In this document: piece by piece, positions 8,365 through 17,225 of the stretch
How positions within the stretch are numbered: position 1 is the stretch's first letter
Layout of the letters: every line of letters begins with the position of its first letter
NCBI GenBank assembly: GCA_038845975.1
Contig: JAWBQF010000044.1
Location: 1 to 17,555, forward strand
From: Candidatus Methanomethylicia archaeon
GTDB taxonomy: Archaea; Thermoproteota; Methanomethylicia; CALHIW01
Length of the DNA stretch: 17,555 nucleotides
Reading direction: 5' to 3'
Notes under the pieces: model-generated
Databases searched by the model: none
The model's input: the letters and a program-made list of their open reading frames with translations, nothing else
Told to the model about the DNA's origin: nothing
Made by a program: the position numbers and the translations under genes

Positions 8365-9293
8365 ACTTTACTAATCACCCCCATAATACCTCCCCTAAAT
8401 CCTAGAAGTATGGATATGAGAACCATTCCTAGAATTAGCTGCCACATCTCAGCTATTCTAGCTACAGCTGTAGTAATAGCTACAAATATAAGTGAGCCTA
8501 CAAGTGGCCCAAGGAAGTATCCAGACCCCCCAAGTAGGGTCATTATGAGAGGTTCTGCAGCCGTAGTCCAGTATGCTAGATCCGGTGTTACCACCCTTAT
8601 AAGTAGAGCATAGAGTGAGCCTGCAACTCCACTTATAGAGCCTGATATTAGGAAGGAAATCATACGGTATCTTACTATTGAGTGCCCTGAAAACTCAACC
8701 CTTTCCTCATTACTTCCTAAAGCCTTAATTATAAGTCCGAGATTTGATCTATCAAGAACATATAGAGTCCACATCAATACTAGAAAGATGATGAAGATAA
8801 AATAATAGAATACCTCTAGCTGAAGCATACTGCCAATAAAGCATCTTCTAGATATACCCGCTAACCCATCACTCCCACCTGTAAAACTCCTCCACTTGAA
8901 GAGTAAAGCATAGAAAAGCATTGTGAAGGCTAGTGTAAGCATTGCAAAATATATTTTACCGTGACGTAGTGTTAATAAACCTACAGCTAAAGCTAATCCA
9001 GTAGCTAGAGAGGCACCTACAAGAAGTCCTACTATAGAATCATCAAAGACCCTAAGGATAAATATAGCTGTTCCATATGCCCCAGTTGCGAAGAAGAGAG
9101 AATGCCCAAAGGATAAGAGACCAGCATAACCAAACATAATGTTGTAAGCCATAGAAAAGAGAGTATAAATCATGAAGAGTGAAGCTAAGTAAAGCATAAA
9201 TCTATCATTAAATATAGGTATGGAGATTAAAGCTGCATATGTTATTATTAGGGTAAGAACATCTAAACCTATTTTTCCCCGAATAAACCCCAT
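8349..9293 (-). CDS. livM: Liv-type ABC permease, LivM-like
   Basis: GYAGLLSFGH, YFAMLTLAF, TGGSDG, LGGSGYFLGPLVG; multiple hydrophobic segments. Confidence 0.9.
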   Translation of the reverse strand: MGFIRGKIGLDVLTLIITYAALISIPIFNDRFMLYLASLFMIYTLFSMAYNIMFGYAGLLSFGHSLFFATGAYGTAIFILRVFDDSIVGLLVGASLATGLALAVGLLTLRHGKIYFAMLTLAFTMLFYALLFKWRSFTGGSDGLAGISRRCFIGSMLQLEVFYYFIFIIFLVLMWTLYVLDRSNLGLIIKALGSNEERVEFSGHSIVRYRMISFLISGSISGVAGSLYALLIRVVTPDLAYWTTAAEPLIMTLLGGSGYFLGPLVGSLIFVAITTAVARIAEMWQLILGMVLISILLGFRGGIMGVISKVWGRL

Positions 9294-10129
9294 GGTCTCA
9301 CCATAAGTATCAGGGCCATAATAGCGTATATTAGGAGGATATCTACTTCAGGAACAAATAAGATAAATACGCTTTCAGCAATTCCAACTATATATGCAGA
9401 TATATATGTACCTAAAAGATTACCTAAACCTGCAATAACAACAACTATGAATGCCGTTATTATTAGGTGGTCACCTAATCCAGGGCCAACAGGTGATACT
9501 GGAATCATTAATGCCCCACCTAAACCTGCAAGCGCTGTACCTAGAAGAAACGTTAATGCATAGATTCTCTGAGTATTTATCTTAAGGCATTCAGCCATAC
9601 CTAAATCCCTCCATGTAGCCCTTATCCTCAACCCCCACATAGTTCTATTTATTAAAATGTAGAGTAGAATAAAAGTTAGAAAACTGGATCCTATTACAAA
9701 AACATAGTATGCAGGGAAAAACCTGTTAAATATAGGTATCTGTACCTTAAACCAGCTAGGTATAGGAATTGATTGAGCTGTTAAACCCCAAACAATTTTA
9801 CTCATATCATTAATAATTAAGCTAATAGCAAAAGTCATTAAAAGCTGATATAATACCTCCACTCTATATAGTGGCTTCAGTAAAAGCCTTTCAACAACTA
9901 TGCCGATAAGCCCTGTAGTAAGTGTTGCCGCGGCAAGTGAGAACCAGAAGTTTCCTGTTAAGTTAAAGAATGTAAATGCCAGGTAACCGCCTAAAACAAA
10001 GAATGCTGCATGAGCAAAGTTAACAACTCTTGTTACACCGAAAATCAATGTTAATCCACTTGCTATTAACCAGTAATATGAAGACCTATAAACACCTATA
10101 AGTATCTGGAATAAAACTGATTCGAGCAT
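9269..10129 (-). CDS. livH: Liv-type ABC permease, LivH-like
   Basis: GLTLIFGVTRVVNFAH, WGLRIRA, VVVIAGLG, and C-terminal RPWGLFG. Confidence 0.9.
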   Translation of the reverse strand: MLESVLFQILIGVYRSSYYWLIASGLTLIFGVTRVVNFAHAAFFVLGGYLAFTFFNLTGNFWFSLAAATLTTGLIGIVVERLLLKPLYRVEVLYQLLMTFAISLIINDMSKIVWGLTAQSIPIPSWFKVQIPIFNRFFPAYYVFVIGSSFLTFILLYILINRTMWGLRIRATWRDLGMAECLKINTQRIYALTFLLGTALAGLGGALMIPVSPVGPGLGDHLIITAFIVVVIAGLGNLLGTYISAYIVGIAESVFILFVPEVDILLIYAIMALILMVRPWGLFGEK

Positions 10130-10159
10130 ATAAAAAAAATGCTTTAGAATATTTAAAGT

Positions 10160-11500
10160 TTATGCAGTAAACGGTGGATGCCTATAATATATCCATGCAG
10201 GCAGTACTTTAAGATTCTCTAGTAACGGGATTTCAGCACCTTTATGCACTATTCTTCCATACGGTACCTCATATATGGCCTGATGGTCTTCAGGCCTTAT
10301 CCATCTAGGACCTGCGGGAGTCATGATAACCACTCCCTCCATAGCTTTAATAAGCTTATCAATATCAAATGTCCCTACCTTCTCTAATGCATATTTAATT
10401 AGGTATATTGCTGAATAGGTGGTTTCGGCTGAGTATGCAGGATATCTACCCCATCTCCTCCTAAACCTCTCTACAAACTCCTTGTTTACCGTTGTTGGTG
10501 GGTATGGCCATATGTATCTACCGCTTACCCATGTACCGTACTCGGCTGTTGGATAGCTTGCTCCAAGCATATAGGCTATATCCATTGAGTAGCCCATAGG
10601 GTTAATTATAGCCTTAATCTTTCTATAGAGCCCCATCTCCACCGCCTGTGTCTGTAGGGTTTTCAGCTCTATAGCCCATTCAGTAGTAAATAATCCCTCA
10701 GCATCCGTAGCAAGAACAGTACTTATGAATGGAGAGAAATCTGTTGTTCCAAACTTAGCCCATTGCTCACTTACAAACTCAGCATCTGGTCTGTAAGATT
10801 TAAGGGTTTTCATGAAGAAATCCCATGAAACCCTACCGTACTCATAGTCAGGATTTACTCCAGCCCACTTCCTAATGGGTAGATCCTTAGCAACATAAGC
10901 AGCTAATATACCATCCTGATATACAGGTACTGAGATACGGAATATCTGCTTAATATTTTTAGAAAATACAAGCTCCTCGGTAAGCCTATGTGTTGCAGCG
11001 TGAGTAGCAATAAATATCTTATTAAGCTCAGACATTATTTCACCAAGTTTAAGTGCATTACCGCTTGAATCCACACCTACAAGAAAATCAGCTTTCTCCC
11101 CCTCAACAAGTTCTCTACCCTGCTTAACAACATCAGCCTGCTCATCCCTAAATGATAGTTCAATATTGCTACCAAGAATTCCTCCAGCTGCATTTATCTC
11201 CTCAGCTGCAAGTCTAGCTCCCTGCTCAATATATTCCCCATAGGTTGCCCATAAGCCAGATCTTATACCTAACACTCCAATCTTTACTGTTGGCTTCGGA
11301 AGTTTAGAGATAGCAGGTACCTCCTTTGTTACTGTTACTTCTTTCGCAACCTCCTTTGTTACTGTTGCTTCCCTTACTACCTCCCTTACTTCAGATGGTT
11401 TAGCACCATAGCCAATAACAGCACCAACAATTAACCCTCCAACACCCGTAGCTAAATACTTAATAAAGTCTCTTCTCCCAGCTTTTTCAGAGAGAGACAT
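10160..11500 (-). CDS. Liv-type (periplasmic binding protein type 1) substrate-binding protein with Tat-like signal
   Basis: Probable start MSLSEK at 11500 (the track extends to 11548). RRDFIK twin-arginine motif plus hydrophobic helix; EEINAAGGILG, DYEYG, TTDF, IRPEDHQ. Confidence 0.88.
   Translation of the reverse strand: MSLSEKAGRRDFIKYLATGVGGLIVGAVIGYGAKPSEVREVVREATVTKEVAKEVTVTKEVPAISKLPKPTVKIGVLGIRSGLWATYGEYIEQGARLAAEEINAAGGILGSNIELSFRDEQADVVKQGRELVEGEKADFLVGVDSSGNALKLGEIMSELNKIFIATHAATHRLTEELVFSKNIKQIFRISVPVYQDGILAAYVAKDLPIRKWAGVNPDYEYGRVSWDFFMKTLKSYRPDAEFVSEQWAKFGTTDFSPFISTVLATDAEGLFTTEWAIELKTLQTQAVEMGLYRKIKAIINPMGYSMDIAYMLGASYPTAEYGTWVSGRYIWPYPPTTVNKEFVERFRRRWGRYPAYSAETTYSAIYLIKYALEKVGTFDIDKLIKAMEGVVIMTPAGPRWIRPEDHQAIYEVPYGRIVHKGAEIPLLENLKVLPAWIYYRHPPFTA
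11319..11366. repeat. 30-bp-period direct repeat encoding the TVTKEV linker
   Basis: ACCTCCTTTGTTACTGTT at 11319-11336 and 11349-11366. Confidence 0.8.
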
Positions 11501-11805
11501 AAATAAGCCCAAATATTTATTACAATACATACTATTAAGCTTTTCCATCTAGTAAATGTTTCTAGTAATTAGTAGTTTATACTATATATAGATCTCATTT
11601 ATCTTTCTATGTTATATTAAGTTACAGTAATAAAGTTTTATACTAGTTCCCCTTATACTGTTAGGTTAAGTCTTAAATTCTAGAGCTTACTATAATCTAG
11701 CTTAATAGTATTAGCTCCACTATGCTATGTATTTAGATGTTAAAATATTCTTCTAAATGTTTATTCTTAATGATGTTAACCTATATTGCCTCATTATTAT
11801 GGATA

Positions 11806-12482
11806 GGTTCTGTCCGGATAAGAAATGAGCTGGTAAATTGATATTAAATTGATATTATGGATATATTAGCTTAATTATTAGATTTAGGGTTCTCTCCGGA
11901 TAAGATATAGGTTGAGAATAAGTTTAATCTTTTCCTGTTTTGTTTCTTTCCTAAAGTATTGTTGCTATTCTTATCTTAAAAAGTTTAATATTTTAGTCAT
12001 CTCTTGCTTTTTTAAAATTTAATGTTAAATATGATGATGTGATAATAAGTCATCTCTTGCTTTCCTTGCCTTATCTTAGAAAGTCGTAGTAGAACTTAAA
12101 GCTCTTAGAAGCTGTTAGATGCCTTAAAGCCAGGCTTTGTTCGCTCCCACTTAGCTTTCTAAGGGTATTCCTTAAGTTGATGTTATGGAAGAATATGCTT
12201 GTGCGATGCTTTAGGTAAACAAAACCCTTTCCACCAAGTTTCTTCTCCATGTGTTTGATGCTCTTGCTCTAAGCTCAATCGCTCAATTCCCTCCTTAAGC
12301 CAACCCTCCATATCCCTTGGCTTGTTAGGCATTTATTAAGACTCCTTGAAGGAAAAGTCTACTTGCTAAGAACTTCTAATAGGGTAAGCCCTTATCTCTA
12401 CAAGCTCCTAGCCCAATCTATTAATTGGGCTGGGTAATTAATATTATGGAGGTTCCAGTCCAACTTTTATCCGGACAGAACC
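11806..12482 (-). mobile_element. Non-autonomous IS6-family element E1 (677 bp) with deleted and frameshifted transposase
   Basis: Perfect 16-bp TIR GGTTCTGTCCGGATAA (11806-11821 / 12467-12482); 8-bp TSD TATGGATA (11798-11805, 12483-12490). Minus-strand remnants AQLIDWARSL, IRAYPIRS, LNKC, WLKEGIERL, HQTHGE/NLVER/YLKHRTSIFFHNIN, with stop at 12073-12071. Confidence 0.9.
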
Positions 12483-12490
12483 TATGGATA

Positions 12491-12870
12491 GGCTTTGTTA
12501 ACTTAAGCATGTTTTATCACCTCTATTTTGGTATTGTATCTTCTATGAATTCTTAGCTTTTATTTTCCTGTTAATCCATGTTTCGTTCAGTATGTATGCT
12601 ATTGATTTTATAAGCATTAATGCATGCTCATTACCGCATTTATCCTTCATGCACGGTATGTAGTTATCGAATAATCTAGTTCTATCCTTAATATAATATA
12701 AAGCTTAAAATATCTGAAGCCATCCTAGAAGAACATGAACGAAAATATATATAAGCAATAAACAACTAGAGTAAATGGAGTTCTCTACCTAACAAACTTA
12801 ACAACTTTAACCATAGATTCACCGTAAACAAGGAAGAGAAAACCCAAATAAATCTAAAGTTAACAAAGCC
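12491..12870 (-). mobile_element. Non-autonomous IS6-family element E2 (380 bp, MITE-like)
   Basis: Perfect 14-bp TIR GGCTTTGTTAACTT (12491-12504 / 12857-12870); flanked by TATGGATA (12483-12490, 12871-12878). N-terminal remnant MVKVVKFVR*RTPFTLVVYCLYI from 12814 and C-terminal remnant IKDRTRLFDNYIPCMKDKCGNEHA (12692-12543). Confidence 0.88.
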
Positions 12871-12926
12871 TATGGATAAGTGGTAAAATTTAAGTAATTT
12901 AATAAATATTATTCTGGTGACAATTT

Positions 12927-14537
12927 ATGTTTCAGCTTAATATGAAACATATTTTAGAGAGAGCAAGACTATATTTTGGTAGGAAGGAGATTGTATCAAG
13001 GGTTGTTGATGGCGAGATTGTAAGGTATAATTACGAGGAGTTTTATAGGAGAGTTTGTAAATTGTCTAATGTTTTAAGGAATGATTTAAATGTTAAAGAG
13101 GGGGATGTGATTGGAAGCTTCGGATGGAATACTCATAGACATCTTGAGCTTCACTTTGCAGTTCCTTGTTTAAAAGCTATACTGCATACTATAAATATAC
13201 GTTTCTCGCCTGATGAGGTAATCTATACAGTAAATCATGCAGGTGATAAAGTTATATTTCTCGATTCTGATTTTCTACAGGTAGTTGAGAGTATATCTGA
13301 TAGGTTGGAGACTGTGGAGAGATTTGTGATTATGGGTCCTAAACAATCTACAAAGCTTAGGAATGCGTATTTTTATGAGGAGATGCTAAGCAGGGCAGGC
13401 TCAAGCTTTAATTTCTCCGATATTGATGAGAATTCACCTGCAGTTATGTGTTACACTACAGGTACGACAGGTAAGCCTAAGGGGGTTATGTATACTCATA
13501 GAGGAATATTTCTGAGAAGTATGGCTACATGTCTAGCTGATACTTATGCCCTATCTGAGAGGGATGTAATTATGCATGTAGTTCCCCTATACCATATAAG
13601 TGGATGGTTTATGCCTTATGCTGCGACTCTTACTGGATCGAAGCAGGTTTTGCCTGGGGTAAGACCTAGATCTGAAACCCTATATGAGCTTATAAGGGAT
13701 GAGAAGGTTACTGTTAGTGATGGTGTTCCAACAGTATGGATTGACTTCCTAAACTTCGCTAGGGCCAGGGATAAGAGGGATATTAGTAGTCTTAAAAGAC
13801 TAATTGTAGGAGGGTCTGCTCCACCTAAAAGCTTAATAAAAGCATATTGGGAGGAGCTTGGAGTTAAGGTTATACATGCATGGGGTATGACTGAAACCTA
13901 TGATTCGGCAGTTGCATGCATGCTTAAAAGCTATATAGAAGATCTACCTGAAGAGATAAGATACAATGTTATGGCGAAGCAGGGTTTACCATTTCCAGGA
14001 ATAGAAGTTAACGCTATAAATGAGTATGGTAAGCCGATACAGTGGAATGGGGAGGAGAAGGGTGAGCTAATTATAAGAGGTGCATGGATTATTGATGAGT
14101 ACTATAGGGATCCTGAGAGAACTAGGGAATCATTTATAGATGGATGGCTTAGAACAGGTGATGTAGTGACAATAGATAGTGAGGGATACATATGTATTGT
14201 CGATAGATTAAAGGATGTGGTTAAGAGTGGGGGTGAATTCATCTCATCAATAATTCTGGAGAATGAGATTATGGCTCATCCAGCAGTTCTCGAAGCAGCT
14301 GTTATAGCAGTTCCACATGAGAGATGGATGGAACGCCCATTAGCATGTGTTGTACTTAAACAGGAGTTTAAGGATAAAATATCAGAGAGGGATATTTTAA
14401 GCTTTCTTGATGGTAAGGTACCTAGATGGTGGATTCCGGATAATGTGGTTTTTCTCGATGCTATTCCTAAAACAAGTGTTGGAAAATTCGATAAGAAGAC
14501 GTTAAGACAAATGTTTAGTAAATATCAGTTAAAATAG
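12927..14537 (+). CDS. AMP-forming medium/long-chain fatty-acyl-CoA ligase (AlkK/DmdB-like subfamily)
   Basis: WNTHRHLELHFAVP, YTTGTTGKPKG, AWGMTE, GWLRTGD, DRLKDVVKSGGE, PKTSVGKFDK. Confidence 0.92.
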   Translation: MFQLNMKHILERARLYFGRKEIVSRVVDGEIVRYNYEEFYRRVCKLSNVLRNDLNVKEGDVIGSFGWNTHRHLELHFAVPCLKAILHTINIRFSPDEVIYTVNHAGDKVIFLDSDFLQVVESISDRLETVERFVIMGPKQSTKLRNAYFYEEMLSRAGSSFNFSDIDENSPAVMCYTTGTTGKPKGVMYTHRGIFLRSMATCLADTYALSERDVIMHVVPLYHISGWFMPYAATLTGSKQVLPGVRPRSETLYELIRDEKVTVSDGVPTVWIDFLNFARARDKRDISSLKRLIVGGSAPPKSLIKAYWEELGVKVIHAWGMTETYDSAVACMLKSYIEDLPEEIRYNVMAKQGLPFPGIEVNAINEYGKPIQWNGEEKGELIIRGAWIIDEYYRDPERTRESFIDGWLRTGDVVTIDSEGYICIVDRLKDVVKSGGEFISSIILENEIMAHPAVLEAAVIAVPHERWMERPLACVVLKQEFKDKISERDILSFLDGKVPRWWIPDNVVFLDAIPKTSVGKFDKKTLRQMFSKYQLK

Positions 14538-14586
14538 TATAGTTATGAAGGTTACTTAACGATTCGAATAGATTGCTAAGAATAAT

Positions 14587-15597
14587 ATGAGTAGAGCAAA
14601 AGCCTACTCGAAAATTCTAGATAGCTACCTAAAGTTTAAGATTGGAAGGTTAAAGCCGTTATTTACATCGTATTCTATTACCTATAGATGTAACTTAAAA
14701 TGTTCATATTGTAGCAACTGGAGAATTAAGAGTAGTGAGCTTAATACTGTTCAAGCCCTAAAAGTAGTGGATAAGCTTGGAGACTTTGGAGTTGCTATAG
14801 TTGATTTTAGTGGTGGAGAACCAACACTTAGAAGAGACCTAGAGATTCTAGCCCGTAGACTACATGAATATAGCTGTACTACCTCAATGAATACTAATGG
14901 AACACTTATTAACAACCATAGAACTAAACGAATAGCTAAAGTATTTGATTACGTTACAGTATCTATTGATGGGTTGCCTGAAGTAAACGATATGATTAGG
15001 GGAGCCTACGGAGTATATGTTAAATCAATAAATACAGTAAGAAATCTAAGAAGGGAAGGGGTTAGGGTTGGAGTTAATACTGTTATATCGAAAAGCAATA
15101 TTGATACACTATCCGAATTCATAGATAACATTATAGATGATGTTGATTATTTAACATTACAGCCAATACATTCAAGCAATATTGAGGATTTAAGAATCAA
15201 TGACGATAAGATATTAAGCCTCGTAAACTACATAGTTAAAGTTAAGAAAACTTATCCAGGTAAAATACCATTAACATATAGCTATATCTACGGCTTCATA
15301 AACTATTTTAAGGGTAGAATGAGGAAGATATGTGATGCCTGTAAGCTATATTTTGCAGTTGATCCTAATGGGAATGTTCTAGCATGTGGAGCACGTGGAG
15401 ATATAGTTCTTGGAAACATATTAACTAGTGATTTAAACAATATTCTGCTAGATGGATATTTTAAGGTGTTGAATACTATAAATTCATGTAGAGGATGCTG
15501 GTTAACATGTACTACAGGTTTATCACTTACCATGAGGGAATCTATAAGTGGAAACATTAACCTAATTAAACATATAATACCCTCCCATGCTACTTAA
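14587..15597 (+). CDS. Radical SAM enzyme with C-terminal SPASM/twitch-like domain
   Basis: CNLKCSYC, SGGEPTLR, TNGTL, VSIDG; C-terminal CDAC...VDPNGNVLAC...CRGCWLTC. Confidence 0.9.
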   Translation: MSRAKAYSKILDSYLKFKIGRLKPLFTSYSITYRCNLKCSYCSNWRIKSSELNTVQALKVVDKLGDFGVAIVDFSGGEPTLRRDLEILARRLHEYSCTTSMNTNGTLINNHRTKRIAKVFDYVTVSIDGLPEVNDMIRGAYGVYVKSINTVRNLRREGVRVGVNTVISKSNIDTLSEFIDNIIDDVDYLTLQPIHSSNIEDLRINDDKILSLVNYIVKVKKTYPGKIPLTYSYIYGFINYFKGRMRKICDACKLYFAVDPNGNVLACGARGDIVLGNILTSDLNNILLDGYFKVLNTINSCRGCWLTCTTGLSLTMRESISGNINLIKHIIPSHAT

Positions 15598-15761
15598 CAT
15601 TTAGGAAATAGATTAAAACAACTATACACTTTATTTCATTCATAACTTAGAAATAATCTTTAAGAGAAGCTTAAGCTAAGTTCCATCTAAGATCGCATTA
15701 AATTTTATGATGGATTGAATGAGTTAATAGCTTGGTTCCTACGGTAATATGATTAGGTTGT

Positions 15762-16119
15762 TTAGAGCTTGTTTCTAAGCTTCATATTGAAAGTTACTAT
15801 TGAAGTTTTGTTCTTTATCGCTATTGCTAAGATAAGCTTACCGTTAAATCTGGAGAGTAATAGTTTCAGATATATTGATTCTGAGGATTTAATTACGTCA
15901 TAGACATCACCAGTAACAAAATCCTTAACATGAAGTTGGACTTTCCAATCTTAGAACATCACTTACACCTATACTTAAACCCTTCATAAACCAGGTATAC
16001 TCATATTACTATTCCAGGTATTATCTATTCATCAAGCTCATCTATAAGTATTTCTTCATGGAAACACTATCTTCAAAGATATCGTAAATCAACATATTCG
16101 TATCTATTACAGCTCTTAT
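15762..16119 (-). pseudogene. vapC: PIN-domain VapC toxin pseudogene
   Basis: Fragments RAVIDTNMLIYDIFEDS / HEE..IDELDE*IIPGIVI / EYTWFMKGL / LSRFNGKLILAIAIKNKTSIVTFNMKLRNKL. Frameshifts, an in-frame stop, and two expected acidic residues replaced (NG, TFN). Confidence 0.78.
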
Positions 16120-16273
16120 TTAATCTCTCCGCTAAGCCCTTCTCTATAATCCTCTCTACTTCATTATGTAGAGTCCACATCAATACTAGAAATATGATGA
16201 AGATAAAATAATAGAATACCTCTAGCTGAAGCATACTGCCAATAAAGCATCTTCTACCTAGATACTCAGTCAC
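16073..16273 (-). pseudogene. Chimeric ORF: LivM-derived 29-aa segment fused to a probable VapB antitoxin C-terminal remnant
   Basis: RRCFIGSMLQLEVFYYFIFIIFLVLMWTL is identical to LivM. The following NEVERIIEKGLAERL is an antitoxin-like helix that directly precedes the vapC remnant. Confidence 0.6.
16169..16256 (+). repeat. 88-bp direct copy of livM internal segment 8763-8850
   Basis: 87/88 identical; the single difference (G8787 vs T16193) is synonymous (Ile). Confidence 0.95.
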
Positions 16274-16442
16274 CCAGTATATACTATTAATATTTTAAAC
16301 TACCCGTAGATGAAATCTTAGCTTAAAATAGTTATTTGAGTTCTACTAACAACTTGGGAAGTGAAATTACGCTTGTAAAGGATGAAGAAATTATAGTGTA
16401 AAGCACGGGTTTTTACAGGAATTGAAAATAAAACTATGTTTA

Positions 16443-17120
16443 TTAGATAAAGTTAAAGTCTCTAAGATACTTCACACAGCCTCCATATATTTTCTCTGAG
16501 ACCTCTTCTTTAGGGCCTTCATTATTAATCACTAAGTTAAGCTCACCTATAAGCTTCTGAATATCAATGCTATATATTCTCTCCAGTCTTTTTATATCGG
16601 TATTGTTTCTCTCAACTATTTTCTTTATGATTAAATCTAAAGGTAAGTTACGTTCTGGTCTACGTTTACTTCCAGCTATTCTTTGCGCTGCTACTTCAGG
16701 TGAAACAGTAAGCCATACTGTAAATCCCCATTTACCTATAGTGAATGGAGCCATTCTACCAACATATATTCCACCATTTCTTAAAGCATTCTCTAATGTT
16801 TCCCTCTCAATCCTCTTATCTATCTTCTCAGCATATTCCTCGGAAAACTCATATTTCTTCATGAATTGGTCAAGATCCCTCTCATTAAATCCCTCCATCC
16901 TTGCTAGCTTCCTTACAAAATGCCCAGCAACAGTAATCTCTAACTTCAACCCAATTCTCCGCTCCAATTTCCTCTTAAGCAGCATAGCATGAGTATCCTT
17001 TCCTGAACCGCTTAAACCACCAATAGCTATAATTGGCTTAAACGGTTTATCACTAATACCCAACTCCCTTACAAGCTCCTCCTCTACTGGAACTAAATAC
17101 GGTATTAAAGTTTTAGCCAT
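16443..17120 (-). CDS. Archaeal cytidylate-kinase-like P-loop nucleoside monophosphate kinase
   Basis: IIAIGGLSGSGKDT, GHFVRKLARMEG, IDKRIE, VGRMA, VWLTVSPEVAAQRI, ERNNTDIKRLERIYSID follow the archaeal Cmk layout; about 28-aa N-terminal extension. Confidence 0.75.
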   Translation of the reverse strand: MAKTLIPYLVPVEEELVRELGISDKPFKPIIAIGGLSGSGKDTHAMLLKRKLERRIGLKLEITVAGHFVRKLARMEGFNERDLDQFMKKYEFSEEYAEKIDKRIERETLENALRNGGIYVGRMAPFTIGKWGFTVWLTVSPEVAAQRIAGSKRRPERNLPLDLIIKKIVERNNTDIKRLERIYSIDIQKLIGELNLVINNEGPKEEVSEKIYGGCVKYLRDFNFI

Positions 17121-17225
17121 AATAAAAATCAGAATAACAACTTAAAAATTTAGTTATAAAATCTGTGATACTGTTACTTTTAGATTTTTGAGAGGACTTT
17201 GAGAAGTTATTCTTTGGAGGTGATA

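Noticed and set aside
8410-8613. 67-aa plus-strand ORF
   Set aside because: Antisense shadow of livM.
11655-11670. ATACTGTTAGGTTAAG as another IS6-like end
   Set aside because: No inverted partner or TSD found in the window.
11798-12878. CRISPR-like array of TATGGATA repeats
   Set aside because: The repeats are 8 bp, and the 677- and 380-bp intervals carry TIRs and transposase remnants; no cas genes.
15303-15557. 84-aa minus-strand ORF
   Set aside because: Antisense shadow of the radical SAM gene.
16169-16256. Template/variable repeat pair of a diversity-generating retroelement
   Set aside because: Only one mismatch (an A on the coding strand of the copy, but synonymous), no reverse transcriptase in the window, and the target is a mid-gene transmembrane segment.
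16567-16992. 141-aa plus-strand ORF
   Set aside because: Antisense shadow of the kinase gene; Ser/Leu/Phe-rich composition typical of reverse frames.
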